Source: Candidatus Bathyarchaeota archaeon (GTDB taxonomy: Archaea; Thermoproteota; Bathyarchaeia; 40CM-2-53-6). From it: 64,000 nt of DNA. Below, in pieces: positions 19,148 to 29,633 of the stretch; position 1 is the stretch's first letter, and each line of letters starts with the position of its first letter. Location of the stretch: NCBI GenBank assembly GCA_963706285.1, contig CAVPLU010000010.1, positions 96,001-160,000 on the forward strand. The letters run 5' to 3'. A model generated the notes under the pieces. The model saw nothing but the letters and a program-made list of their open reading frames with translations, was not told the DNA's origin and ran no database searches. Position numbers and translations under genes: made by a program.

Positions 19148-20755
19148 TTAGCTCAGAATGTTCTCAATTGCGTCCATTTCGCAATCTTCTGGCAGGGGTA
19201 TTCCAGTTGCCTTAGCGGCTCTTTCGGTCAATGAGATCAGGTCGTTCCTATGCAGGAATTTGAGATTCCATTTTCTGGATCCTGCCATAAGCTGCTGGAG
19301 TCCGACTCCAATGCGGCCTTTCATGTAACCGTAGAGTCCAATGGCCTCTAAAGGTAGCTTGTCAAAGCGATTTCCTAGCAAAGACTGTAGCTCGCTTGTG
19401 GAAGCAAGAAAGGTCTTTGGAGACATTCCGTAGCGTTCAACGAATGCCTTGGGTAGCTGGCCGTTCTCTGCGAGTCGGGCGAAGTGCGCTGTCTTGGTCA
19501 CGGCGGTAATGGGAGACCTTCCTAGTAGGGCTGCCTTCACGTAGGGCCCCTTGCCGAAATTACTCATTGCGATTGACTTGTAGATTTGCGTCTCTTCGAT
19601 GAAGCCGCCAGCAATTACAATGTCGGGCACGTACTTGCTCTTCTTTCTTAGGATCTCGGCGCATTTCAAGACTTGAGCTTCGAGGTATACTGTGGGGGTC
19701 CCCATTTCGTCCATCATTGGAACAGGGCTCATGCCGGTTCCTCCGCCAGCTCCGTCGAATGTTACATAGTTGAGTTTTGCCTCTGAAGCCAGTTTCATTG
19801 TGAGAGCAACAGCGCTCGGTCTGTAAGCGCCAGTCTTCAGACTCACGCGCTTGACGCCTTGGCTTCTGAGACTATCTATGTCTTCAAGGAAACCCTTCTC
19901 ACTAAGCATGCCAACTCTGCTATGTCTCTCAAAAGACTGAATCATGCCATCTTTGAAAGCTTCCTTGACCCCGGGCTGTTCAGGGTCCGGGATGACTAAA
20001 TATCCCGCTTCCTTCAGTCGGAGTGCTCTCTGATGATCTGTAATTCGGACTTCTCCACCAATCGCCTTGGCTCCCTGTCCCCATTTTCTCTCGATTGTGT
20101 CTACCTCTAGCTTCGAAGCTGCGTAGGTATCCACTCCAAGTCTCTGGTCTTCGACGTTTGTTTGAACTGCAATGTCCCCGTGCTTTCCATCCCAGAACTC
20201 TCTGAATAAGTCGACCCTGCGTTTGAGCTCTTGGGAGTAAGTTATCTTGCCATGCTCCATCTTTGACTGCGGGTCCATCGCGCAGACGTTCTCGCCTACT
20301 GTTATGGTGATTCCCGAAATGGCTGCGCCAATGGCAAGACCTTCCCAGTAGGTTCTTGCTATGTCGGTTGAACCGTATGCCCCGATCAAGAGCGGCATCT
20401 TCAGAGGGACGCCGCCAACGTTGCTCTCGATGTTGACGTTCGGGAATAGTGCCAGATCCGAGTCGCTTTCTATACCCTCAGCTCCAAGAAGCTCCGAATG
20501 GATGTTGAAGTGCGACCAGTCCAGCCGGAAATCTTTGAGCGCTCCAGCCGTGCTATGCCCAAATTTCATGGGATCCGGATATAGCGCTTCTCTTCCTCTG
20601 AGTGCAGCCAAACCAATTTCGCACAAGATTGGACAATCATCAGTGCAGATTGGACACATGCCGCTTGTACAGCTTCTATCCTGGACTCTCGTCAAGGTTC
20701 CAGTCGTAGATTTTCCGTTCAGATAGGAAGAGTTCCTTGCAACTTCACCGTTCAT
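19148..20755 (-). CDS. Archaeal FMN-binding glutamate synthase family protein (GltB2-like)
   Basis: CPICTDDCPILCEIG Fe-S motif, KWGQGAKAIGGE, LKTGAY, DGAGGGTGMSP. Confidence 0.88.
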   Translation of the reverse strand: MNGEVARNSSYLNGKSTTGTLTRVQDRSCTSGMCPICTDDCPILCEIGLAALRGREALYPDPMKFGHSTAGALKDFRLDWSHFNIHSELLGAEGIESDSDLALFPNVNIESNVGGVPLKMPLLIGAYGSTDIARTYWEGLAIGAAISGITITVGENVCAMDPQSKMEHGKITYSQELKRRVDLFREFWDGKHGDIAVQTNVEDQRLGVDTYAASKLEVDTIERKWGQGAKAIGGEVRITDHQRALRLKEAGYLVIPDPEQPGVKEAFKDGMIQSFERHSRVGMLSEKGFLEDIDSLRSQGVKRVSLKTGAYRPSAVALTMKLASEAKLNYVTFDGAGGGTGMSPVPMMDEMGTPTVYLEAQVLKCAEILRKKSKYVPDIVIAGGFIEETQIYKSIAMSNFGKGPYVKAALLGRSPITAVTKTAHFARLAENGQLPKAFVERYGMSPKTFLASTSELQSLLGNRFDKLPLEAIGLYGYMKGRIGVGLQQLMAGSRKWNLKFLHRNDLISLTERAAKATGIPLPEDCEMDAIENILS

Positions 20756-20800
20756 GGAGTATCCTCTCTACTTATCAAATGCCAAGAAACGCGGAAGCCC

Positions 20801-20917
20801 TCAGGTTTCCAGCTTCAGAATGTCGTAGAATTCGCAGCATCTCTCGCTGATGTGGAGATGGTGCCGCAAGTCGTCCGGTTTGCCGAAGATGGCTCTGCAG
20901 ACTCTGCATTGTGGCAT
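20801..20917 (-). CDS. 38-aa C2H2/C2HC-type zinc-finger microprotein (not in ORF track)
   Basis: MPQCRVCRAIFGKPDDLRHHLHISERCCEFYDILKLET matches C-x2-C-x3-F-x5-L-x2-H; lies between the TATA box and the glutamate synthase gene. Confidence 0.7.
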   Translation of the reverse strand: MPQCRVCRAIFGKPDDLRHHLHISERCCEFYDILKLET

Positions 20918-20952
20918 TTCTTTTCAGGGCTCGCAGTACGCCTTTCAGCCAG

Positions 20953-20974
20953 TATTAAGACGGGTGTGCACTTT
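20953..20974 (-). promoter_or_regulatory. Nitrogen-cluster promoter/operator copy 1 (AAAGTGCACACCCGTCTTAATA on minus strand)
   Basis: 21/22 identical to 24255-24276; ends in TATA-like CTTAATA. Confidence 0.75.
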
Positions 20975-21106
20975 CGTCCTTGCTCTTATGTCAATTATGC
21001 CGCATTGGACCGGAAAACTTGTAAATCTGGCTAGATGTGGAGTCGTCGAATGTCCGATTTGCTGGAAGGCTCTGTAGGATGTGAGGTTAATTGCTGATCG
21101 GTGCGG

Positions 21107-22468
21107 CTACAATTTCTTGATGTATCTCTGCACTTCCCAAGGGGTAACCTGTGTCCTGTACAAGTCCCATTCGCGATGTTTCTCTTCAAGGAAGTTCTCA
21201 TACAGGGTCTCACCAAGCGCCTCCCTAACGAGTTGACTTTTCTCGATCTCCTCCAACGCTTCGGAAAGAGATTCGGGTAGTGAAACTATGCCGCGTTCTT
21301 TGCGTTCCTCATACGTCAACTTGTAGACGTTCAATTCAGTAGGTTTAGGCGGTTCGATTTTCTTCTGTATGCCGTCGAGGCCGCTCAGGCAAAGCACTGC
21401 GAACTGGAGGTACGGGTTGCCCGCAGGATCAGGACATCTGATCTCACAGCGTGCGGCACTCTTTCTCTTGCCGAAGTTGGGCACGCGGATGAGTGGAGAT
21501 CTGTTTCTAAGCGCCCACGCAACGTAGACAGGCGCCTCAAAGCCTGGGACTAGTCGTTTGTATGAGTTTGGCCAAGAGGCGAGGATTCCGCACATTTCTC
21601 GCCCGTGAGCTAGTTGGCCGCCGATGAAGTTCAACGCTGTTTTGGACAGGTATCCCGTGCTTTCATTATCCTCAAAGAATACGTTCTTTGATCCGTCAGC
21701 GCTCCACAGGCTCTGGTGAACATGCATGCCTGATCCGTTCACACCAGGGAAAGGCTTGGGCATGTACGTGGCGAGGTAGCCGTTTCTCGCTGCAACAGCC
21801 TTGGTAACCATCTTCATAGTGGCGGTGCGGTCAGCAGTCACGAGGGCCTCACCATACTTGAAGTCTATCTCATTCTGACCAAGCGCAACCTCGTGGTGAG
21901 CAACTTCAATCTCGATTCCAAATGCTTCTGCAGTGTCCGCGATCTCTCTTCGGAGATCTTCCGTGAGGTCTCCCGGGTGCAGGTCAAAGTAGCCGCCCAT
22001 ATCGATCGGTGTAGGTGCGAGGCTGTCCTGTTCCTTCACGAGGAAGAACTCCAGTTCTGGTGCACAGTTGAATGTGAACCCTGCTTGGCTGCATTTCTGT
22101 AAGGCTCTTTCAAGCGCGAAACGAGGATCCGCCTCGAACCGTTCGTTATTGGGCGTGTAGATGTCGCAGATTAGCCGGCATGACGCCTTTTCTTCGGGAC
22201 GCCACGGAATAATCGAAAAAGTGCTTGGGTCCGGATAGGCTACAAGGTCGGATTCCTCAATTGGTCTGTATCCAGTGACGGATGAGCCGTCGAATGACTG
22301 GCCGTTCTCGAAGATCGATTCTATTTCTTTCGTTCGCACAGAGTAGCTCTTCAATATGCCATCTATGTCTATGAACTGGAGTCGAGCGAACCTAATTTCC
22401 CTGTCACGTATTATCTTGGAGACTTTGGCTACGTCTTCACGCCACTTCGAATCCTTGAAGTTCTTCAT
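21107..22468 (-). CDS. glnA: Glutamine synthetase type I
   Basis: FDGSS, APELEFF, HHEVALGQNEI, MPKPFPGVNGSGMHVHQS, NSYKRLVPGFEAP. Confidence 0.96.
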   Translation of the reverse strand: MKNFKDSKWREDVAKVSKIIRDREIRFARLQFIDIDGILKSYSVRTKEIESIFENGQSFDGSSVTGYRPIEESDLVAYPDPSTFSIIPWRPEEKASCRLICDIYTPNNERFEADPRFALERALQKCSQAGFTFNCAPELEFFLVKEQDSLAPTPIDMGGYFDLHPGDLTEDLRREIADTAEAFGIEIEVAHHEVALGQNEIDFKYGEALVTADRTATMKMVTKAVAARNGYLATYMPKPFPGVNGSGMHVHQSLWSADGSKNVFFEDNESTGYLSKTALNFIGGQLAHGREMCGILASWPNSYKRLVPGFEAPVYVAWALRNRSPLIRVPNFGKRKSAARCEIRCPDPAGNPYLQFAVLCLSGLDGIQKKIEPPKPTELNVYKLTYEERKERGIVSLPESLSEALEEIEKSQLVREALGETLYENFLEEKHREWDLYRTQVTPWEVQRYIKKL

Positions 22469-22519
22469 TGAAAGCCGTCCTCAGTTGAATCCTGATATGC
22501 AGAGACTCTGTCCCAGCGC

Positions 22520-22543
22520 TACTTAACACATATCTACACATAT
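22520..22543 (-). promoter_or_regulatory. Nitrogen-cluster promoter/operator copy 2 (ATATGTGTAGATATGTGTTAAGTA on minus strand)
   Basis: Fits consensus GTGYASAYMYGTSTTAA with the same spacing to TTAA as copies 1 and 3. Confidence 0.55.
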
Positions 22544-22973
22544 GCGACCCATCCCATGTCAGCATTGCTGCTAGAGATCAACCGGACGCACATTGCGGCC
22601 ACGACGGGACTGAACAACGCACCGATGTGCTGGACGCGCGACAATGGTTTCTGTGATGGGACTTGTAGAACATGGAATGCAGAAATCTTTGGGGACTGTT
22701 TATCGAATCGTTCCGAAAATGCCTACACAGTTCCGAGGCATAGACGAAGTTCAATCGTTTTGAGGGTCCTCGGAATTTTGAATAATCTCTAGGGGAACGT
22801 TGAATCTACTTGTGTTCAAGAAATTGATGGAAATCTCTTCTGTGCAGTCTTCATACATCGCTGGTTATTCAACGGAACCTGACAAAGCTGCAAGTTCTGG
22901 CACCTAGATCTGATTGCATGAGAATCAAATCTGAATTGTCTGCCTGAGTTCATTATCGTTCACATGGTACACG

Positions 22974-24203
22974 TCATGCATAGGCTTCTTCGCCGTGTTG
23001 ACTGATATCGAGACCATCGTGTTCTTCTTGTGGACTGACTCTCACAGGAGTGAAGATGTCGATCGCTCTGAGAATTACGTATGACCCGACAAAGCCGAAT
23101 ACTGCGACGACGGCTACGCCAAGCGCCTGAATAAGCACCAGGTTAGGATTTCCAAATAGTAACCCATTGGGTCCAGTTGGGTTGACGAGGGTGGATGCAA
23201 ACAGACCTGTGGCTATTGTTCCCCATATGCCACCCATGCCGTGGCACGCAAAGACGTCTAGTGCGTCGTCCAATGTGGTTCTAGCTCTCCAACTCGCCAC
23301 ATAGTTGCACAGCAATCCGGCTACCAGTCCGATGATTATTGCAGGCATTGTGCCTACGTAGCCTGAAGCAGGCGTTATCGCTACGAGGCCACACACGGCG
23401 CCGATCGATATGCCTACTGCTGATGGCTTGCCTTTCCTAATCCAATCTACTATCATCCAACTTACAGCTGCCGCAGCTGCAGCAAGATTCGTGACAACCA
23501 AAGCGTTCACTGCCAAAACATTGGCTGCAAGTGCGCTTCCGGCGTTGAATCCAAACCAGCCAAACCATAGGATAGATGCTCCAAGAATCACGAAGGGGAT
23601 GTTGTTAGGGCTGATGCCATTCTCTTTCCAAGCTAGGCCTTTTCTTCTGCCGATTACGAGTGCGCCTGCGAGCGCAGAGACGGCGGCAGCGGTGTGGACC
23701 ACTAATCCTCCTGCGAAGTCAATTACGCCAATGGTCCTTAGCCATCCGCCAATGGCCCAGTTCCAGTGTGCTATTGGGGCGTAGATGAAGGTCGTCCAGA
23801 GAACTATGTAGATGAGCAGTGCTTTGAAGCGAATTCTCTCAGCAAAAGCTCCGATAATTAGCGCTGGTGTTATAGCTGCAAATTTTAGCTGAAATGCAAA
23901 ATAGAGAAGTTCTGGAATAGTATCTGAATAGTTGGGGTTCGGTGTCAATCCAACATTGTTCAGTCCAAGATCCGAAAGATCTCCAATAATGCCATTCATT
24001 GTCGGTCCGAGTGCGAGACTGTACCCCCACAAGGCCCAAATCAAACTAATGACAGCGAAGATCGCGAGACATTGAACTATGGTCGATATGAGGTTCTTGC
24101 GTCTGACCAAACCACCATAGAAGAATCCGAGTGCCGGAGTCATTATCATGACAAGACTAGTTGCTGCGATAACCCATGCCATGTCCCCAGAGTCCAACAA
24201 CAC
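22974..24203 (-). CDS. amt: Ammonium transporter
   Basis: MTPALGFFYGG, FQLKFAAIT, DFAGGLVVH, LWFGWFGFNAGS, DDALDVFACHG. Confidence 0.96.
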   Translation of the reverse strand: MLLDSGDMAWVIAATSLVMIMTPALGFFYGGLVRRKNLISTIVQCLAIFAVISLIWALWGYSLALGPTMNGIIGDLSDLGLNNVGLTPNPNYSDTIPELLYFAFQLKFAAITPALIIGAFAERIRFKALLIYIVLWTTFIYAPIAHWNWAIGGWLRTIGVIDFAGGLVVHTAAAVSALAGALVIGRRKGLAWKENGISPNNIPFVILGASILWFGWFGFNAGSALAANVLAVNALVVTNLAAAAAAVSWMIVDWIRKGKPSAVGISIGAVCGLVAITPASGYVGTMPAIIIGLVAGLLCNYVASWRARTTLDDALDVFACHGMGGIWGTIATGLFASTLVNPTGPNGLLFGNPNLVLIQALGVAVVAVFGFVGSYVILRAIDIFTPVRVSPQEEHDGLDISQHGEEAYA

Positions 24204-24254
24204 ACTTCCCTCTCCTGAACTTGACCTAGAATTTTCAGGGGGCTCTTCTCTCGA

Positions 24255-24276
24255 TATTAAGACAGGTGTGCACTTT
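24255..24276 (-). promoter_or_regulatory. Nitrogen-cluster promoter/operator copy 3 (AAAGTGCACACCTGTCTTAATA on minus strand)
   Basis: Near-identical to 20953-20974; in the amt/regulator divergent intergenic region. Confidence 0.75.
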
Positions 24277-24352
24277 TCCGAGTGGTTCTGTATCGGCTTT
24301 GTCAGGTTGAGACTGGAAATACCTAAATGTCTCGCAGTCAGAAGGAGTTTCT

Positions 24353-25474
24353 ATGGCCGATTTGCTAGATGATCGGACCAATCTCTTGCTACTTCAGGAA
24401 ATCTGTGCCGGGAATGGCCTAGAAGTGAACCTGACGCAGTTGTCGAAACGCCTGAAGAGGCACAGAAACACGATCAGAGAGAGAGTCAGGAGCTTACTTT
24501 CTCACAAGGTAATTGACCGGCCAGTTGTTCCGTTTCTGGGGTTATTCAGAGAACGTCCCTTGCTGGTTGTGGTCTACGCTGACCTTCCTGAAGACGCCAG
24601 AGTTTCCAAGTGGATCAAGGAAGACATGAACATTTTCGGCGCCTATAGAGTCAGAGAAGGCGACTACAACATGATGCTCTTCGAATTTCACAGTGATGTC
24701 TGGAGTTATCATGTTTGGAGAGATTCTCTTGTCCCTGATGGTAAGATACCTGCAAGACGAGGAAGAACCGCATCTAACACTCTGTACCTTTCAAACAGAC
24801 TCGTAACGAAATATCAGCCCAACACTGCGATTCAGCTCATTGAAGAACAGTTTGCGAAACCACGCCGTGTAACCATCAATGATTACGTACTGGACGAACT
24901 TGCGCTGGACGTGATGAGGTGTCTTCTAGAGGGGAAGGGAATCAAGGTGAACGAGAATTTTCTCTCCAAGAAGATCGGTGTTCACAGATCCACTATCAGG
25001 AGGAGGATCTTGAAAATGGAGGAAGAGGGGATCATCCATCCTCCTCTTTGCCGATTCCCCCTTTTCTTCACGCCATCAAACTTCCTCCTGGTCTTCTCGA
25101 TGCTTGAAGTAAAGGAGCCTCGAAAGTTCATGAATGACGTGACAAACGATCCACATGTTAGCCTGGCCTACAACATAAGCGAAGGCAGATACAATATGCT
25201 CCTCTTCGAATCGCACGTGGACATGGAGAGCTATCTGCGGTGGGAAAGCAGCTACGAGACCAAGTACCCGGAATGTTTCGGCTCGATTAAGAACAACTAT
25301 CTTTCGCCGAGGATGACTATTTCGATCGACCAACAGAAAGTGTCGCTTGGCATAATTGCTGAGAAATTGAAAGCGCTAGGAGCTAAGTCGACTCACGCTC
25401 GCAAGAGAGATGATACGTCTCGAGTCTCAAGAGGCTCCTCAAGACCGCCTTTGCCATCGTCTGCCTTCCGATAA
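24353..25474 (+). CDS. Internally duplicated Lrp/AsnC-like regulator (2x wHTH+RAM-like)
   Basis: Repeat halves VNLTQLSKRLKRHRNTIRERV...AYRVREGDYNMMLFE and VNENFLSKKIGVHRSTIRRRI...AYNISEGRYNMLLFE. Confidence 0.7.
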   Translation: MADLLDDRTNLLLLQEICAGNGLEVNLTQLSKRLKRHRNTIRERVRSLLSHKVIDRPVVPFLGLFRERPLLVVVYADLPEDARVSKWIKEDMNIFGAYRVREGDYNMMLFEFHSDVWSYHVWRDSLVPDGKIPARRGRTASNTLYLSNRLVTKYQPNTAIQLIEEQFAKPRRVTINDYVLDELALDVMRCLLEGKGIKVNENFLSKKIGVHRSTIRRRILKMEEEGIIHPPLCRFPLFFTPSNFLLVFSMLEVKEPRKFMNDVTNDPHVSLAYNISEGRYNMLLFESHVDMESYLRWESSYETKYPECFGSIKNNYLSPRMTISIDQQKVSLGIIAEKLKALGAKSTHARKRDDTSRVSRGSSRPPLPSSAFR

Positions 25475-25563
25475 CCGCCTCCATGTCTGATGCCATCTGA
25501 TTCAGGCTCGTTCCTGACAGGTGACGGGATTTCCTCAACTAGCCAGAAGGATGGAGATGGCGC

Positions 25564-26208
25564 TTATGTGGCGATTGCTTGTTTCTCCATTCGACCCTTT
25601 ATTCTCTTCAATCTGAAGAAATCTTCGCGCTCGCGTTCCTCCAAATGCATCTGGATGTATCTAATGGAGTGGAGAACCCGAGGGATAATTACGTAATCAA
25701 GTGAGTTGACGCGCCTCTTTGTTGAAGCTATGGCTTGCGCGAGTTTTCGCGTGGATGCTTCTGCGCTAGATAGTTCCGTGATCGCCTTCAACGCGTCTAT
25801 CATCTTCGTGGTAGCCTCATCGAGTTTTGCTGATGTCGCAAGCATATTGTAAGGTGCGGTCTTGATTGGTAGCACTTTGACTTCGACTTGCGGTAAGGTG
25901 ACTCCGATCACGTTACGAGTCTTGGTGTCAACTTCGAATCGGTCCTCGACGCCTATTGCGAACTGTTCAAGCCTCGCTAGTCCGTGCACCATCTGTGCTT
26001 CTATGAACAGAATGTAGGCTTCTTGAAGAAGCGCATACGAGCGTTCTCTAAGTGCGGATATCTGGCGCACGTTCTCAAAGAATTCGATCATCAGGGCATC
26101 AAGTTTCTCTCTAAGCAGATCTCTTCCTCGTTCTGCTATTGCTCGCCTCTTTCTCAGAGCGAGCAATTCCATTCTCGTCGGGTGAATGCCCGAGATGACT
26201 TCTGACAT
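25564..26208 (-). CDS. atpD: A/V-type ATP synthase subunit D
   Basis: PTRMELL, GRDLLREKLDAL, TKRRVNSL, EREREDFFRLK. Confidence 0.95.
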   Translation of the reverse strand: MSEVISGIHPTRMELLALRKRRAIAERGRDLLREKLDALMIEFFENVRQISALRERSYALLQEAYILFIEAQMVHGLARLEQFAIGVEDRFEVDTKTRNVIGVTLPQVEVKVLPIKTAPYNMLATSAKLDEATTKMIDALKAITELSSAEASTRKLAQAIASTKRRVNSLDYVIIPRVLHSIRYIQMHLEEREREDFFRLKRIKGRMEKQAIAT

Positions 26209-27608
26209 TACACGGTGCCCTTGTTTCTGTGAGTTGGATGATATTTCGTGATGGTCGATGGATCGATGCGTTTTAGTTCGGTTTCAGGCAGCACGGACAG
26301 CAAGTCCCAGCCGAGGTCTAGGGTTTGTTCGATGTCTCTGTTCTCGTACTCGCCTTGGTTGATGAAGCGTTTCTCAAACGCGTCGGCGAAGTTCAGATAG
26401 AGCTTGTCTCTTGCTGAGAGTGCTTCTTCTCCTATGACGGCGACAAGGTCTCGGAAAGACCGTCCCTCAGCATATGAGTAGTAGAGTTGGTCCGATACTT
26501 CACGGTGGTCCTCACGTGTACGGTTCTTGCCAATTCCTTCTCTCATGAGTCGAGACAGTGATGGTGAAACGTCTATCGGAGGGTAGATGCCGCGTCTGTG
26601 AAGGCCTCTGTCAACGATCAATTGCCCCTCTGTGATGTAACCTGTCAAATCGGCAATTGGGTGAGTGATGTCATCGTGGGGCATGGTCAGAATCGGCATC
26701 TGGGTGATCGAGCCCTTGCCATTGTGTACTCTTCCGGCTCTCTCATAGATCGTGGACAGGTCAGTGTACATGTAGCCAGGATACCCACGTCTTCCCGGCA
26801 CTTCTTCGCGGGCGGCTGAAATCTCACGTAGTGCCTCCGCATAGTTCGTCATGTCAGTCAGTATGACCAGCACGTGCATGCCGAGCTTGAACGCAAAGAA
26901 TTCGGCGGCCGTAAGCGCAACCCTGGGTGTAATGGTTCTCTCTATCGCAGGGTCATCTGCCAAGTTCACGAACATCGTGACGTGTTCAAAAGCGCCTTGC
27001 TTCTCAAAGTCCTCCCGGAAGAATCTTGCCTCATCGGCTGTGATGCCAATTGCAGCGAACACGGTCGTGAAGGTTTCTCCCGTGCCTCGGACTCGAGCTT
27101 GTCTAGCTACTTGCGCGGCAACCGCGTTGTGCGGAAGTCCGGCGCCTGAGAAGAAGGGTAACTTCTGTCCTCTGACGAGCGTGTTCATTCCATCTATAGC
27201 CGATACTCCGGTCTGGATGAACTCTCTTGGGTAGGTTCTTGCGTACGGGTTGATCGGCGCTCCATGGACGTCCCAGTAATCTTCCGGAATGATATTGGGG
27301 CCGCCGTCGATTGGTGTTCCACTACCGTCGAAGACTCTTCCAAGCATGTCAGATGAGACGGGGAGTTTGATAGTCTCACCTGCAAATCTCACGGAGGTTT
27401 CTTTGACGTCTAAGCCTGAGGTGCCTTCGAAGACCTGAACCACAGCCATCTTGTCGCTTACTTCTAGGACCTGTCCTCTGCGTTCGGTACCGTCTGGAGC
27501 GACAACCCTAACGAGTTCACCGAAACCAACACCAGTCGCCGCCTCCACGAAGAGAAGTGGCCCGGAGATTCGCGTAATCGTTTTGTACTCTCTTAGAACC
27601 ATACTCAT
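26208..27608 (-). CDS. atpB: A/V-type ATP synthase subunit B
   Basis: [41 protein letters not shown]. Confidence 0.97.
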   Translation of the reverse strand: MSMVLREYKTITRISGPLLFVEAATGVGFGELVRVVAPDGTERRGQVLEVSDKMAVVQVFEGTSGLDVKETSVRFAGETIKLPVSSDMLGRVFDGSGTPIDGGPNIIPEDYWDVHGAPINPYARTYPREFIQTGVSAIDGMNTLVRGQKLPFFSGAGLPHNAVAAQVARQARVRGTGETFTTVFAAIGITADEARFFREDFEKQGAFEHVTMFVNLADDPAIERTITPRVALTAAEFFAFKLGMHVLVILTDMTNYAEALREISAAREEVPGRRGYPGYMYTDLSTIYERAGRVHNGKGSITQMPILTMPHDDITHPIADLTGYITEGQLIVDRGLHRRGIYPPIDVSPSLSRLMREGIGKNRTREDHREVSDQLYYSYAEGRSFRDLVAVIGEEALSARDKLYLNFADAFEKRFINQGEYENRDIEQTLDLGWDLLSVLPETELKRIDPSTITKYHPTHRNKGTV

Positions 27609-27610
27609 TC

Positions 27611-29404
27611 TTACTGCCCCTCCGCACTACGTGTCTCGGCGATCAGTTTGCTGAATTGATCGTCCAGATTTCCTTCGATTCTCTTTGCGACTTCAGCGAA
27701 CTTTTCTGATGGTTCGATCTTGCATCTTGCGATTTCTTGCCTCACAGGGAGGTCGAGGATCCGCTGGAGTGATGCTCCATCTTCGACGGCTCCCTCCATC
27801 TTCTTGTGGAACTTTAGGATCAGGTTCATCATTTCTGTCGTCTTCTGTGGTGAGCAGTAGCTGTCGACTGGATGGAGTGCGCTTTGAATGAGAAAGTCCT
27901 CCTTGATCATGCGAGCAGCTTCAAGAGTTGCCCTTTGGCCTTCCGATAGTGCATCTGGGCCGACGAGCATGACGATCTCTCTAAGCTCCTCATCCCTCTG
28001 CAGGAGCGACATCGCGTCTCGTCGAAGATGCTTCCTGGGTTGCTTGGCATCCTGTTCGTACCATTCTTCGATCGAGTTGAGGTAGAGCGAGTAGCTCGTA
28101 AGCCAATCAATGGCGGGAAAATGACGTCTCTCAGCGAGCGACTTGCTAAGTGCCCAGAAGACCTTTGTGATTCGAAGCGTATTCTGCGTCACAGGCTCGG
28201 AGAAGTCTCCGCCGCTTGGTGAGACAGCACCAACAGCTGATACTGAACCGGCTTTTGATTCACTCCCGAGCAATTCGACTCTCCCTGCGCGTTCGTAGAA
28301 TTCCGCCAGCTTCGAAGCCAGGTAAGCCGGGTACCCTTCTTCACCAGGCATCTCCTCCAATCGACCAGAGATCTCCCTGAGTGCCTCCGCCCAACGAGAG
28401 GTTGAATCAGCCATCAATGCGACATCGTATCCCATGTCTCTGAAGTATTCTGCCATCGTAATGCCCGTGTAGACACTTGCCTCTCTTGCAGCGATTGGCA
28501 TGTTTGACGTATTCGCTACCAGAATCGTCCGCGCCATAAGCGGCTGTCCGCTTCTCGGATCCTTCAATTCCGGAAATGTCTCAAGGACTTCAGTCATCTC
28601 GTTGCCGCGTTCCCCACAACCCACATAGACGATGATCTCGGCATCCGCCCATTTCGCAAGCTGCTGCTGCATCACAGTCTTGCCAGTCCCGAACCCACCG
28701 GGGATGGCGGCAGTTCCGCCTTTCGCTATTGGGAATAGAAAGTCCATTATTCGCTGGCCTGTGACGAGCGGCACGACCGAAGGGAGCTTGGACTTGATGG
28801 GCCGCGCCTTTCTAACGGGCCACGTGTGCATCAGCTGAAGCTTCACAAGCTGTTTCTCTGTCTGGACTTCAGCGACATCGTCTGTAACATGATACTCGCT
28901 CTCTTTCACAATTGACTTAACCGTGCCGGCCACGTTTGGAGGCACAAGAATTCGTTGGGTAACTAGGACGCTTTCAGGTACATCACCCAGAACGTCTCCT
29001 CCCGTGATCTTCTGACCGATCTTGACCTTTGGCACAAAGCGCCAAGTCTTCTTCCGGTCAAGCGCAGGCGAAGTGACACCACGCGCAATGAAAGTCCCCG
29101 CGATTTCTCTCAAAGTCGGAAGCGGTCGCTGGATCCCATCGTAAATTTGGTTAATCATTCCCGGGCCTAACTCGACGGAAAGAGGTTTCCCGGTCCTCTC
29201 CACATGCTCGCCAGGTTTGATGCCAACGGTCTCTTCGTATACCTGGACGGTCGCTCTCTCTCCTTCTACCCGTATGATTTCGCCGATGAGCCCCGCGTTC
29301 CCCACCTTGACGAGTTCATACATCTGAACCCCTAACATGTCACGGGCTACTACGACGGGTCCTATGATTCTCTCAATGACTCCTGGCTTGTACAAATGTA
29401 TCAA
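27611..29404 (-). CDS. atpA: A/V-type ATP synthase subunit A (no intein)
   Basis: [30 protein letters not shown]. Confidence 0.97.
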   Translation of the reverse strand: MIHLYKPGVIERIIGPVVVARDMLGVQMYELVKVGNAGLIGEIIRVEGERATVQVYEETVGIKPGEHVERTGKPLSVELGPGMINQIYDGIQRPLPTLREIAGTFIARGVTSPALDRKKTWRFVPKVKIGQKITGGDVLGDVPESVLVTQRILVPPNVAGTVKSIVKESEYHVTDDVAEVQTEKQLVKLQLMHTWPVRKARPIKSKLPSVVPLVTGQRIMDFLFPIAKGGTAAIPGGFGTGKTVMQQQLAKWADAEIIVYVGCGERGNEMTEVLETFPELKDPRSGQPLMARTILVANTSNMPIAAREASVYTGITMAEYFRDMGYDVALMADSTSRWAEALREISGRLEEMPGEEGYPAYLASKLAEFYERAGRVELLGSESKAGSVSAVGAVSPSGGDFSEPVTQNTLRITKVFWALSKSLAERRHFPAIDWLTSYSLYLNSIEEWYEQDAKQPRKHLRRDAMSLLQRDEELREIVMLVGPDALSEGQRATLEAARMIKEDFLIQSALHPVDSYCSPQKTTEMMNLILKFHKKMEGAVEDGASLQRILDLPVRQEIARCKIEPSEKFAEVAKRIEGNLDDQFSKLIAETRSAEGQ

Positions 29405-29633
29405 CCGCGTTGGGCGTCATATCCCACTGGAACGGTGCACGTACGATTTGCAGGACAATTAAGCATTTCCAGAATTGAACCTAGGCACGGCCAGACTGCC
29501 TCAGGGGCAAGACTCGCAATCAAAAAGGACGCCAGCAGAGCGGTCGCCCTGGGCAGAGGAGATGTCATTCCCTTCAACTGGAGTACTTTGATTCAGCTCT
29601 CTTGCTTATACTCGCCGTCTGGCCACTCTTCAA

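Noticed and set aside
22556-22792. 78-aa plus-strand ORF between glnA and amt
   Set aside because: No recognisable motif or RBS; antisense to the cluster and likely spurious regulatory DNA.
27611-29404. Intein in ATPase subunit A
   Set aside because: Normal length (597 aa) and an uninterrupted GKT/GCGER region.
29558-29605. Fluoride riboswitch (GGAGATGTCATTCC resembles its 5' part)
   Set aside because: The 3' GCTRATGAY pseudoknot strand is missing and no downstream plus-strand gene exists.
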